Below are positions 27,784 to 38,100 of a stretch of DNA of 48,809 bases, piece by piece. The position numbers and the translations under genes were made by a program. The stretch is taken from the NCBI GenBank assembly GCA_963844965.1, contig CAWJQC010000001.1:1-48809 (forward strand). The letters are read 5' to 3'. Positions within the stretch are counted from its first letter, which is position 1. The number at the start of each line of letters is the position of its first letter. Below the pieces are notes generated by a model that saw nothing but the letters and a program-made list of their open reading frames with translations, did not search any database and was not told the DNA's origin. This stretch comes from an uncultured bacterium (GTDB taxonomy: Bacteria > Patescibacteriota > Minisyncoccia > UBA6257 > 2-01-FULL-56-20).

Positions 27784-28449
27784 ATGCCCAAGAGGAGAAC
27801 TTCCGGACCTATCTCTGCGCCGGAACAAGAAGTCCGCGGCTTACGGCGCTCAAGGCGCGCCTCTCATTCGGCGCGGGGGTTTACTCTCATTGAACTTTTG
27901 GTTGTCATCGCCGTGACCGTTCTCCTCTCAACCTATATCATCAGCTATCAGAGGACGGGCCAGCGGCAGATTCTTCTCTACGTTGAGAGTCAAAAGATAG
28001 CGAGTTTGATCTTGAAGGCGAAATCGTTGGCGATAGAATCGTTCGTTGACGTGAGTCAGGGCAATTGCGGTTATGGCTTGAGGGTGGATTACAGCGGAAA
28101 AAGTTACGGCATATTTTACTACGCGACTTCCACCACCGACAATGAGTCAAAGTATATCCAATGCCAAGAAATCAAAAGGAGCGGCAGCTTGGCGCCGGGC
28201 CGCATAGTCCCTTTCTCGGATACGACACAGCTTAATTCCGAACTTGTTTTTTGGACACCCCCGCCCGGGAACGCCACGCCGCCACTTTACTACGTTCTTT
28301 TCGTACCGCCGGATCCCGAAACACTGCTTGTCGACCAGAGTGGTGACATAGTTTCAGGTCCAGGTTCCGAGGCCGTCTATCTTGAAACCAAGGACGGTCT
28401 GGCGAGTACCACGGTCGTCGTTAATCCAGCCGGTCAGGTGAATTTCTAA
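27784..28449 (+). CDS. minor pilin / pseudopilin with long N-terminal leader (..ARG|FTLIELLVVIAV)
   Basis: Prepilin-type N-terminal cleavage/methylation motif at residues about 30-45. Confidence 0.65.
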   Translation: MPKRRTSGPISAPEQEVRGLRRSRRASHSARGFTLIELLVVIAVTVLLSTYIISYQRTGQRQILLYVESQKIASLILKAKSLAIESFVDVSQGNCGYGLRVDYSGKSYGIFYYATSTTDNESKYIQCQEIKRSGSLAPGRIVPFSDTTQLNSELVFWTPPPGNATPPLYYVLFVPPDPETLLVDQSGDIVSGPGSEAVYLETKDGLASTTVVVNPAGQVNF

Positions 28450-28560
28450 ATTCAGAAAGTGGAAAATAGTAAATAGAAAATAGAAAAATCAATGCCAGCT
28501 TTAAATAGGATGAGAAGTAAAAGAAAAAAATCACCACCCTCTACTTTCTACTTTCTCCGG
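28441..28560. repeat. AT-rich palindromic intergenic element related to 8925-9040 (AAATAGAAAATAGAAAA ... CTCTACTTTCTACTTTCTCC)
   Basis: Shared TAGAAAGT/ACTTTCTA and ATAGAAAATAGAA motifs. Confidence 0.4.
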
Positions 28561-28639
28561 TGGCCGAGCACAAGGGGCAGACCCCGTATGACAACTGCGG
28601 TAGCGGCAACTCAATGCCGCAAGGAAATTAAGAAGTAAT

Positions 28640-29230
28640 ATGTTTATGCGGCATATTTTTCGCACAGTAGCAGATTTCTTGCGTTGCCGTAGGCATTGCA
28701 ACCGCAGTTGCTCTACGGGGCAGATTATAATTGAGGCCATAGTCGCTTTATCGGCTCTGACCATCTGCTTCGTGGGGATTTTTGGGCTTATTTCAACTTC
28801 GCTCCACTACAACCGTTTCATTGCCAACGACTACACGGGCACCTACCTCGCGGCCGAGGGAATAGAGGTGGTCAAGAACCTTTTGGATTCCAATGTCATA
28901 TCCGGACGCGAGTGGGGCTGCGGATTTATGAACGGCTCTTATGAGTTGACTTATGATACGCAGTTCAAAAGTACGGTTTGTTCGCAATCCGTACTTGATC
29001 CCAATCAATCTAGAAGTTTATACATGGATTCAGGTAGCCACTTATACAACTACAATGTCGCCGCGGCCGGCACCGCTTTTACGCGCGTCGTGACGATCGA
29101 GGTTCTCGAAAGTGACTCGAACGGGAATCCTCAGGAAATGCAGGTCAATTCCGTTGTTTCCTGGAATCAGGGGGCGGGCAAGCAAAGCGTCAATTTGGAA
29201 GACAGATTTTTCAATTGGCACGCGCAGTAA
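28640..29230 (+). CDS. pilin-like protein (..STG|QIIIEAIVALSALTICFVGIFGLIS), Cys-containing C-terminal domain
   Basis: Gly followed by hydrophobic helix with Glu at +5; four Cys in the globular part. Confidence 0.5.
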   Translation: MFMRHIFRTVADFLRCRRHCNRSCSTGQIIIEAIVALSALTICFVGIFGLISTSLHYNRFIANDYTGTYLAAEGIEVVKNLLDSNVISGREWGCGFMNGSYELTYDTQFKSTVCSQSVLDPNQSRSLYMDSGSHLYNYNVAAAGTAFTRVVTIEVLESDSNGNPQEMQVNSVVSWNQGAGKQSVNLEDRFFNWHAQ

Positions 29231-29241
29231 ATAAATAAAAA

Positions 29242-29841
29242 ATGAAAAATCAAAAATCAAAATTGAATTCCGGATTTGCCCCCACGCCAGAACGAGAAGC
29301 TCGAGATTCAAGGCGCTCCGCGCATACTTCTCGTTTGGTGTGGGGGTTTACCATGATCGAGCTTTTGGTCGCCATCGCCCTTTTTTCCATCGTTGTGAGT
29401 ATCGCCGTCGGCGGACTCGTGAACGCGATACGGATTCAGCGGCAGATCGCGGCTTTGATCGCGGCGAACAGCAACGCGAGTTTCGCTCTGGAGCAAATAG
29501 CGCGCGACGTAAGGACCGGGTCGGACTTCAGCGGCGCAAACTGCTCCGGGCAGCAATGCTCAGAACTTGATTTTATGAACGCTTTCGGGCAGGCGACAAG
29601 CTACCGGCTGAGGAGCGGCAAGATTGAGAAAGGAACTAACGGCGCATTCCAGCCGGTCACCGGTGACAACACTGCCGTGCAATATCTCTCGTTCACGCTC
29701 ATTGGCAATCTTCCCGGGGACGGTTATCCTCCGCGGATCATTATAACTCTCGGGGTTAGTCCGTCCTCGGCCGCCGGCGGCGCGAGCGGCATTATTTCCG
29801 GGATTGAGACAACGGTGAGCGCACGGCAGCTGGATACGTGA
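29242..29841 (+). CDS. pseudopilin (PilW/GspJ-like), leader ..VWG|FTMIELLVAIALFSIVV
   Basis: Prepilin-type N-terminal motif. Confidence 0.65.
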   Translation: MKNQKSKLNSGFAPTPEREARDSRRSAHTSRLVWGFTMIELLVAIALFSIVVSIAVGGLVNAIRIQRQIAALIAANSNASFALEQIARDVRTGSDFSGANCSGQQCSELDFMNAFGQATSYRLRSGKIEKGTNGAFQPVTGDNTAVQYLSFTLIGNLPGDGYPPRIIITLGVSPSSAAGGASGIISGIETTVSARQLDT

Positions 29842-29990
29842 TCGCGGCGAGCCACGTCGGCATTGTTTTAGCTATATTCGCCAAATTGCCCTCTGAGCCT
29901 GATTAGACAGATTCTCTACGGTTTGGTAGCATCTGGGAAGTTATTCAGAGAACCATATTTCTGAAGGGGAGATAGGAAGGGAGGAACGCT

Positions 29991-32385
29991 GTGAAACATA
30001 GAAATGTATGTGGCGCTATTGCCGTTTTTGTGTTGCTTATGACGGGTTGCGGTAGTGAAGGTGGTAATAATCTTCCGCCAGCAAATCCGTTGCCGACAAT
30101 TTCCGTTTCCGCGAATTCGGTTGGCTTTTCCGCCGTTCAGGGCGGAGCAAATCCCGCGGACCAGGAGTTGGCCATTTCTAACTCCGGCGCTTCGGGCTCC
30201 ACGCTGAGCTATTCTGTGTCCAAGACGCAGAATTGGCTTACGCTCGGCGGTTCTGCGAGCGGCAGTTCTTGCCTCCGGCGGGTCCGCGAGCGTTTCGCTG
30301 GACGTGAATATTTCCGGCCTCACGGTCGGAACCTACAACGATACATTGACGATTTCCGCTGCCGGCGCGACGAACACGCCGCAGACGGCCGCGGTAAAAC
30401 TTGTCGTAACACCGCCCACGATTGATTCAGTCACCATTTCGCCGACGAGCGTAACGCTTCCGGCTGGCGGCACGCAGCAGTTCACGGATAACGTCAAAGG
30501 AACCGGTAGTTTCAATCCTGCCGTGAATTGGACAACGTCTGCGGCCTGCGGCAAGATTTCGGATTCCGGCCTCTACACGGCCGCAATGAACGCCCAGGTA
30601 TGCGCGGTGACCGTTACCAGTCAAGCCGACAATACGAAATCGGCTTCGGCTATGGTGACGATAACTTCGCTGCCCCCGACCATATCGGTCGCGCCAGGCA
30701 CGTTCACATTCTCGTCCGTCCAGGGCGGAGCGAACCCTGCGAGCCAGACGCTTACCGTATCAAATTCCGGAGCCTCCGGTTCGGTTCTGACTTACTCGGT
30801 TTCTAAAACGCAGCCATGGCTTATACTCGGCGGCTCTGCGAGCGGCAGTCTTGCCGCCAGCGGGTCCGCGAACGTTTCGCTGGATGTGAATATTTCCGGC
30901 CTTACAGCCGGAACTTACACCGATACACTGACAATTTCCGCTGCCGGCGCGACGAACACGCCGCAAATCGTGACGGTAACGCTCACTATAGCCGTGCCGC
31001 CTGATCCGACGATTTCAATGCCGCCTACCGCGACGGTGCAATACGGTTCAACCTGGCAATTCGATATCACAGCCAACGGCACCCCGGCCTGTTCCGTAAC
31101 TTCTGGTCCCGGCTCGGTGTCGGTATCTGCGGACGGCACTGTTGCGACATATAGTGTGCCTTTGCCGGGCACGGCTGTGGCCGCGATCTCGGCTTGGTCG
31201 GCGGCGCTCATCTGCACCGTGACGAATTCTGTCGGCAAGACCGCGACCGCGACAGCAACCGTTGCGCTCCAATATGACACGCCGGTTATCTCCTCATTTT
31301 CCACGGTCGGCATTATGTGTCAGGCGGAGTGTCTGATAACCGTGGTCGTAACCGGCTCCGGATTCTACGTCGGCGGCACGCTTTACGAGGATTCAACGCC
31401 CATGTCGCTTGTGAGCGCGAGCACGAACGTAACCGGCCAACCCAACATGCTTCCGATATCGGAGAACGACAGGGTCGCATTCATAATGATTTTTGACACG
31501 CCGCATTACGACCCACACCGGATAAAGTTTTCGGCCGCGAGTCCTAACGACGGGCACGGCGGCGGAACTTCAAATACCGTTTATCTGGGATTCTACGGCA
31601 ACCAGAATACGGTAGCTTTAAGCATTGGCAACCAGAACACGACAGCTCCCACCCCGGCGGAAGTTTTCCAAGCCTATCAGGCTCAATCGGTAATCTACAA
31701 ATTTCTCCTAAGTGATGGAACAAGCGACGGTAATTTCCTACAAGCTGCTCACGGAATATCGGTGGACGACAAAAGCGGAAATCTATTGCTTACCCCGCCG
31801 TGGGGCATAATGGAAATAGCACCCAGCGGGCAGCAAGTCGGCGGGGCGTGGATAAATCTCTATTCCATAGCCGTGGCGGCGAAAGGCGGGTATGGATGCG
31901 CAGCGCAGCCATATGACGGTTCGCTGACCTCACTTGATCTGTCGCAGTTGCCGCGTTTGAGTCCCGTTATCATGGCTATCGGAAACGAGCCGTGGAATGT
32001 GGCGATGACGAAACTCGGCGGCGAGTTTGCCTGCGTCGCGTTCAATGCCGGCGACTTGCAGCTCTCCGTCGTTAAAGTTCCAGAAACGCAACTTTGGAAT
32101 TTCACGACGCTTGTCGGTTTGACGCCGCTCGGTGATCTGCAGTCGCCTCCGGACGGCGGTTGGCAACTCGCTGTTTTTGACGTCAGCACGACCGTCAAGA
32201 TTATCGCCGTCCTGTCACAGCACGACAAGTTGGTTGTCTTCAAGCAGTTGCAGTTGGACGAAAATACCGGACTTGTCGCGATTAACGATCTTGCTCAAAC
32301 CCCGATCAGCTGGGTTATAAATTCGGATCAGCAGCTAACTGGCGCGCCGGTATTGCTCGGGATTCCGTTCAGGATCGCGTTTTGA
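29991..32385 (+). CDS. lipoprotein with BACON-like / Big_2 / BACON-like N-terminal modules and large C-terminal domain; interrupted by a 1-nt insertion at about 30266 (ORFs 29991..30425 and 30304..32385 are one gene)
   Basis: Lipobox LLMTGC; GTG start with GGGAGG RBS; the second tandem module (30700-31000) is a near-identical DNA copy of the first but has GGCAGTCTTGCC where the first has GGCAGTTCTTGCC. Confidence 0.55.
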
Positions 32386-32609
32386 TCCCGAACGGGATGC
32401 TAATCGTGGCGGTTGATGACTATCTGGCCGGTGTCACAAGGTTTGGCTCCGTTAATCCCACGACCGGAGTTATGACACAACTCACGGCGACGACCCCGAA
32501 ATTGACGGTAGGATTAGCGGTAAGTCCGCTTGACGGCCGTATCATCGGCTGCGAGCGCGACGCCTGCGACTTCATGCTGGAGCAGTGATGTTGAGATGCG
32601 ATTTTTCGC

Positions 32610-32642
32610 GGCCCCGGGTGCGCTTACCGGGGCCTTTTATAT
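32610..32642 (+). terminator. rho-independent terminator (GGCCCCGGG..CCGGGGCC followed by TTTTATATTTTTAT)
   Basis: Read directly. Confidence 0.55.
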
Positions 32643-32655
32643 TTTTATCATACCG

Positions 32656-33020
32656 TTTTGCCCGGTAGTAGACCGAGTGCAGCAACGCCCCGTCACCAAA
32701 CAAGCACCTCGTTTTTCCCAGCGACTTTGCATATACCGTGCTTTTCGTTCCCAGTATATGACTTGTAGATACCGACGTTTATCCAAGAAAAACGGTCGGT
32801 CGCTGCAGTACTTGTTTGGTGCGGGGCAACGCATGTACGCTTTCCCGCCACAAACGATTACCTTTGGTAAATTGATGGTTTTGAGTGACAGTTTTCCCAA
32901 AATCAGGCGTTGTGGAAAGCGTAGCGCTTGGCTCACTACCGGGTTTGCCCGGTAGTGAAATTGCGAGTGGTCGCCGAAGGCGACGTAAACAAAATGCTCG
33001 CAATTCTACTACCGGGTTTG
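32656..33020. repeat. nested inverted-repeat element: GTTTTGCCCGGTAGTAGAC (32656) ... CTACCGGGTTTGCCCGGTAG (32936, palindromic) ... TCTACTACCGGGTTTG (33005); highly hairpin-rich interior; MITE-like or structured RNA
   Basis: Three copies of the ACCGGGTTTG / CAAACCCGGT core read directly; internal long imperfect IR 32691-32716 / 32808-32832. Confidence 0.45.
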
Positions 33021-33027
33021 TTATAAT
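33019..33027 (+). promoter_or_regulatory. extended -10 TGTTATAAT only 8 nt upstream of ATG 33036 (leaderless mRNA predicted)
   Basis: Read directly. Confidence 0.45.
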
Positions 33028-33035
33028 TTAATCAA

Positions 33036-33518
33036 ATGGCGAAGCTTTCAAAGTCAACGGGAGTTTTCGCGCTCGTGATACTGCTTTTGGCCGCGGTCAT
33101 TGCCGTCATCGTTTTCGTCGCGCTTCGCGGGAAGGCGCCAGCTCCCGCCGCTATGCCCGTAGGGAAACCCACTGCGCAGCCTTTGCCTGCATACGCGCCG
33201 CCGGGCGAGCTCACACCCGGTTTTCCCAAAGAACTGATTCTCGGCGGCGAGGCGACGTCCAGCGGAAGTTATGCGATAAATTACGGCAGCGGCCCGAGTT
33301 TGCGCACAGCATCGTTCGGTTCGGCGAAGTCAATGCTTTCGCTTTTCAATCTCTACAAAACGTACTTCAGGAGCAACGGCTGGACCGTGGTCAACGAAAT
33401 TACCAAATACCAGAATTCGCGCGGTCTTTATGCAGTGAAAAGCGGCGCCGTTTCCAGCGTTTCTATTATTGATAACGGAAAAACGCGCGAGGTCGTCGTG
33501 AGCTATTCGGGGAAATGA
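33036..33518 (+). CDS. secreted/anchored hypothetical protein
   Basis: Signal anchor VFALVILLLAAVIAVIVFVAL; 160 aa. Confidence 0.5.
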   Translation: MAKLSKSTGVFALVILLLAAVIAVIVFVALRGKAPAPAAMPVGKPTAQPLPAYAPPGELTPGFPKELILGGEATSSGSYAINYGSGPSLRTASFGSAKSMLSLFNLYKTYFRSNGWTVVNEITKYQNSRGLYAVKSGAVSSVSIIDNGKTREVVVSYSGK

Positions 33519-34390
33519 AAGTTTTTAAAAAAATAATTCTTTACACAGCGCTGCTCGCTTTTGCTGTCAGCGTTGTTTTCAATGTTCCGCGGGAGTTTTC
33601 TCATGCTCAAACATCGCCACAGGTGCGTGTCGTATTCGGCCGTGTTGACCAGTATGGCAACATCCTTGGCGGGAGCCATCTTCCTAAAACTCCTTCAAAA
33701 TACGATTTTTCCGTTAGTCATGGGTCGACCGGTAGTTATTCAATCAGTTTTGACAGCAGCGATTTTTCCAATACTCCCGCCCTTGTGGTTAATCCAGCGA
33801 GCGCCAGCCACCCGGCGGATATTGATTCCGTGGGAAGATTTTCGGCATTTTTTCACATAGGAAGAGTCGGCGCTGGCAATCAGGACGATTATTTCTCGTT
33901 TATTGCCGTGGGTCTTTCGTCTAACCCGAGGAACGACCTTGCGTACGCATTCGGCAGCTTCATGAGCTCCTATGGGGTGGGGGCGTCTAACGCAGGAAGC
34001 GGAAATTGGACTTCATCACCTGGCACTGGCAGCTACAGCGTCTCCTTCAAAGCTGGCGTATTTAGTTCTCCGCCCACGGTGGTGGCAATGGGTCCGGGTG
34101 CTGTTGATTGTGTCTCGGGGGTTTCCCAGAGTCCAACCTTGGCGTATCTTTACGAGGAAAGTGGAAACTGTGAAACTGGTGTTCCGAGAACTGATTATAC
34201 TGGACAAGGTATGTCGTTTATCGCGGTCGGGGAAAACGCGGCGCAACCCGACCTCGTGAACATTTCGGAAGGAACTTTTGGTTATGATGGGACTATTGGC
34301 GCCGGCAGTACCGGCGACCTTCAATATGTTTATGGCAGTTTAGCGGCAATAATAGTCTGTATTTTCTTATCACCAACATGGCGTTTGTGA
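33515..34390 (+). CDS. secreted hypothetical protein
   Basis: Signal peptide IILYTALLAFAVSVVFNV; 291 aa; 4-nt overlap with upstream gene. Confidence 0.5.
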   Translation: MKVFKKIILYTALLAFAVSVVFNVPREFSHAQTSPQVRVVFGRVDQYGNILGGSHLPKTPSKYDFSVSHGSTGSYSISFDSSDFSNTPALVVNPASASHPADIDSVGRFSAFFHIGRVGAGNQDDYFSFIAVGLSSNPRNDLAYAFGSFMSSYGVGASNAGSGNWTSSPGTGSYSVSFKAGVFSSPPTVVAMGPGAVDCVSGVSQSPTLAYLYEESGNCETGVPRTDYTGQGMSFIAVGENAAQPDLVNISEGTFGYDGTIGAGSTGDLQYVYGSLAAIIVCIFLSPTWRL

Positions 34391-35115
34391 ATAATTCGCC
34401 GGTGTTGGTGGGAACTCCAATTTATGTTAACGGGCGCGTCTGCGGGGGCTATACCTACACGAGCGGGGGCGGCGGGTCAGCTACTATCGCCGGTGATCCA
34501 GATCATACATGCGACACCAGAAGCGGATCAACCAAGGCGGGACTCACGATGATTGCCATCGCGCCCGTACTTCCTACTGTTAATATTTATCCCGATGCCG
34601 CTTCCGTTCCTTTGAATAAGGCCACGAATATCCATTGGAGTTCCGAATATACCACCGATTGCTCAATAACGATCATGGCCAACGGCGTGACCACGCCGAG
34701 CGGCTGGACAGTAAACCCGAACGTTGATGGTTCTCACACGACCGGAAATTTAACTTGGCCAACGACTTATACAATAAACTGCGACGGCAGTTTCGGCGGC
34801 AAAGTGACCATGTCGGCCACCGTGAGTATTGACCCGCCAGATATGAACCTGCAAGCCAATCCCACTTCTATTGATGTGTGTGCTTCTCCGATCATTGCCT
34901 GCGGCGGTGATCCCAACACTTGCGGACGCTCAGTTGTAAGTTGGGGTCCGATTATAAATGTCACAAGTTCCAGTAATTGTAAACTTTCCGGAAATTGGTC
35001 CGGTACGTTGTCGTCGCCCGATATTTCACTTTCACCAGGCGGTGTTCTGTCTCCGTCATATTACCCTTCCGGTATCTCTCAGCTTGACGGGTGTTACCTC
35101 AACAAGAACGTATAA
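34378..35115 (+). CDS. Cys-containing Ig-like repeat protein; probably the N-terminal part of the giant gene below (frame switch needed near 35050-35115)
   Basis: Contains the same TYTINC..G..G..TV.V domain signature as the downstream gene; the domain continues across the stop codon in another frame. Confidence 0.45.
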   Translation: MAFVNNSPVLVGTPIYVNGRVCGGYTYTSGGGGSATIAGDPDHTCDTRSGSTKAGLTMIAIAPVLPTVNIYPDAASVPLNKATNIHWSSEYTTDCSITIMANGVTTPSGWTVNPNVDGSHTTGNLTWPTTYTINCDGSFGGKVTMSATVSIDPPDMNLQANPTSIDVCASPIIACGGDPNTCGRSVVSWGPIINVTSSSNCKLSGNWSGTLSSPDISLSPGGVLSPSYYPSGISQLDGCYLNKNV

Positions 35116-38100
35116 TATGACCTGCTACGGCCCTGGCGGGAGTTTTTCCGAAACTGCCACCGTGACCATTAATCCCGCGACAGTGGGGCTTACTCCCAAC
35201 CCTGGGTCCGTTGATTTGTATAAAACATCCGTAATAAATTGGGGCATAACTAACGTTACGACTCTTAACTCCTGTGCTCTAGGGGACGCTTGGGGAAGCA
35301 GTTCTCCTCCGCCTCTTCACCCATCGTCTTGCTCCGGTAATTATACGACTCCGTCATTGGTTGCGCCCACGACCTATTCCATCGGGAGCTGCACCGGGCC
35401 TGGAGGAAAACAGAATCCCGATCCCGAATCTGTGACGGTCGGCATAAATGACCCGAATATAAACATGGCTGCTGTTCCGGCCCAGCTCCACCTTAGTGAG
35501 TTAAGCGGCGGCTCGGTTATAAAATGGGGCAGGGACGCGGTTGGCACAAATAGTCCCAGTGATGACATCGGTAATGTCACAAGCACGGCTAATTGCACGC
35601 TTTCCGCCATTCCGCCTGCGAGCGGCTGGTCCGGCACGCTCTCGGCTTTCCACGGCACCTACGCGACGGGACCGCTATCATCAAGCAATCTTACATACAC
35701 ATATAATATAACCTGCAAGGGAGCGGGACAGAACGGGGGAACTACCACCGGGAAAGCTATAGTGTCCGTCGCTCCGCCCGAAGTTTCCATCAATGCGAGT
35801 TCTACTACGATCAGTCCCGGTTCTTCCACGGTAATAACTTGGAACTCTACGGATACCACCGCCTGCGTGGAGTCGTGGGTGAACAGCACGACAGGTAATC
35901 CTAACTGGGCCAACAGTCTGTCTAACAGCGTAGGGACAAACACCGGCCCTCTCACGGACAACACGACGTATTCAATAAGTTGCACTGGCGCCGCCGGCGC
36001 AACCGCGCAAGATTCCGTTACGGTGAGCATGAATACCGGCGCGCCGACCATTACTGAATTCAAGGCCACGCCGCCCGCCGTGTCGCCCGGCGACTCCACC
36101 ACAATAACCTGGAGTTCCACCAACGCCACCAATTGCAATGTGTCGTCCACCACAGACGGCGTAAACTGGACGGCCGTTGGGAGCGGTACCTCCAACACCA
36201 CAGGGGTTTCAAGCGGCCCGCTTACGAAAGATACGACTTATGAAATCACTTGTCACGGTCCCGGCGGAGATACACAGCGGTCAATCACGGTCAGGGTTGG
36301 GAATTTCATATGCCCGGATATGGGTGCGATCAACGTAAGTTCCACGAATTCCTGGGCGGACAATGACCATCCGAACAATTTATTGCCCGGTGATTACGTT
36401 ACAAGTTCGTGGCAATTTACGCCTCCCTCATCGGTTGACCCCTGCGATCAGGGTTGCGCGAATTTGTCCCATAACGGATACACGAATCTTCCGGCGAGCG
36501 CGGCGGCTCCGGCAGATTGCCCGTATACACTTATCCCCGTTCAGGGCAGCGCCGGACCGCTCTATGCCTTGAAAAAAGTTGATACGAAACTTGCCGCCAT
36601 AGGAGAAGGCGATCTTGGCTTGAGCTGGCTCAAGAACTCGTTGCTCAATATTGCCAAAGCATTTGTTGTTTGGCCGGGCACATCCACTTCTTCTTACACC
36701 CAGGGTCTCAGTCCGTCCGCTTATTACGATGACTGGCTTGTTTTCTCGGATCCCGCCAAAACCAACTCCAGCCACATCAACTTCAGTGTGGGCACTGGTT
36801 CTTCTACCGCTCTTACGATCAACGGCACCACGATTGGCAGTTTCACCGTCGGCCAGAAATGGACGCTGGACATAACAAGCAACATGCCGAAAACAAATTT
36901 CAGTTTCTGCGTCAACTCTAACTCCAGCTGTAACCCCTATACCACGGATGCGAACGGCAACTGGACCCTAAGCGGCGATTTTCCGCTTTCCACTGTCGGT
37001 TCCTGGAGCGAGTGGGCGGTGTTCCCGGGCGGCGTCAATTCCGATACCATCAGTTTCACCGTGGGCGCCGCTCCCTTTGCCGCTCTTATGGTCAATACCA
37101 CAACTATCAACGCCTTTGGTTTCGGCCAGACCATAACCTACGCGCTCGCCTCAAACATTCCTAAGACGAGCTTTGAAGTGTGCTATAAGCTTGATGGCGT
37201 GGCGCAGCCGTGCGTCAACTCAAGTTTTACGGACCCGAATTATCAGACGGACCCGAGCGGCAATTGGAGCACGCAGCAGACGCAAGACTTATCTACTACT
37301 GGTGCCGCCGGCCATTCTTACGAGGACTGGTTTGTCTTCCGGGATTCCGACCAGACCAATTCCAGCCACGTCAATTTCATCGTGAGCCCCGGCACTCTCG
37401 CGATCAACGGCGTTACTGCTGGTAGTTTTACGGTGGGCCAAGCATGGACACTGAACGTAACGAGCAGTATGCCGAACACTAGTTTCACCATTGAATGCAG
37501 CATGGATAGCGGTGCGCCATTTGCCTGCGATAGCGGCACCACTGACCCGAACGGCAACTGGACCACTCTAGGCGGCGATACCTTTCCCGCTTCCGTCGCT
37601 GGTTCTTGGGAAGAGTGGGTAGTCTTCTCAAACGGCGCCAGCTCTACCCATATTAACTTCAAAGTGAGCCAGGGTCCTACCGCTGCTCTCACGATCAACG
37701 GCGTTACGACCGGCAGTTTTACCGTCGGCCAGAAATGGACGCTGAACATAGCAAGCAATATGCCGAGCACCAATTTCAGCTTCTGCGTCAACTCCGGTTC
37801 TAACTGCAGACCATACACCACTGACCCGAACGGTAACTGGAGTCTGAGCGGCACTTTCAATTCCGATTCCATCGGTTCCTGGAGCGAGTGGGCGGTGTTC
37901 CCGGGTGGCCCCAATTCCAATTCTATCAGTTTTACTGTGGGCGCCGCTCCATTTGCCGCTCTCACGATTAACGGCGCTACGTCTGGTAATTTCGGCGCAA
38001 ACCAGGCGTGGATTCTGAACATAGCAAGCAATATGCCGAGCACCAATTTCAGCTTCTGCGTCAACTCCGGTTCTAACTGCAGACCATACACCACTGACCC

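Noticed and set aside
32530-32955. ORFs 32530..32955 (+) and 32637..32936 (-) inside the nested inverted-repeat element
   Set aside because: Overlapping opposite-strand ORFs in a hairpin-dense region, no RBS, Cys/Arg-rich odd composition; more likely non-coding
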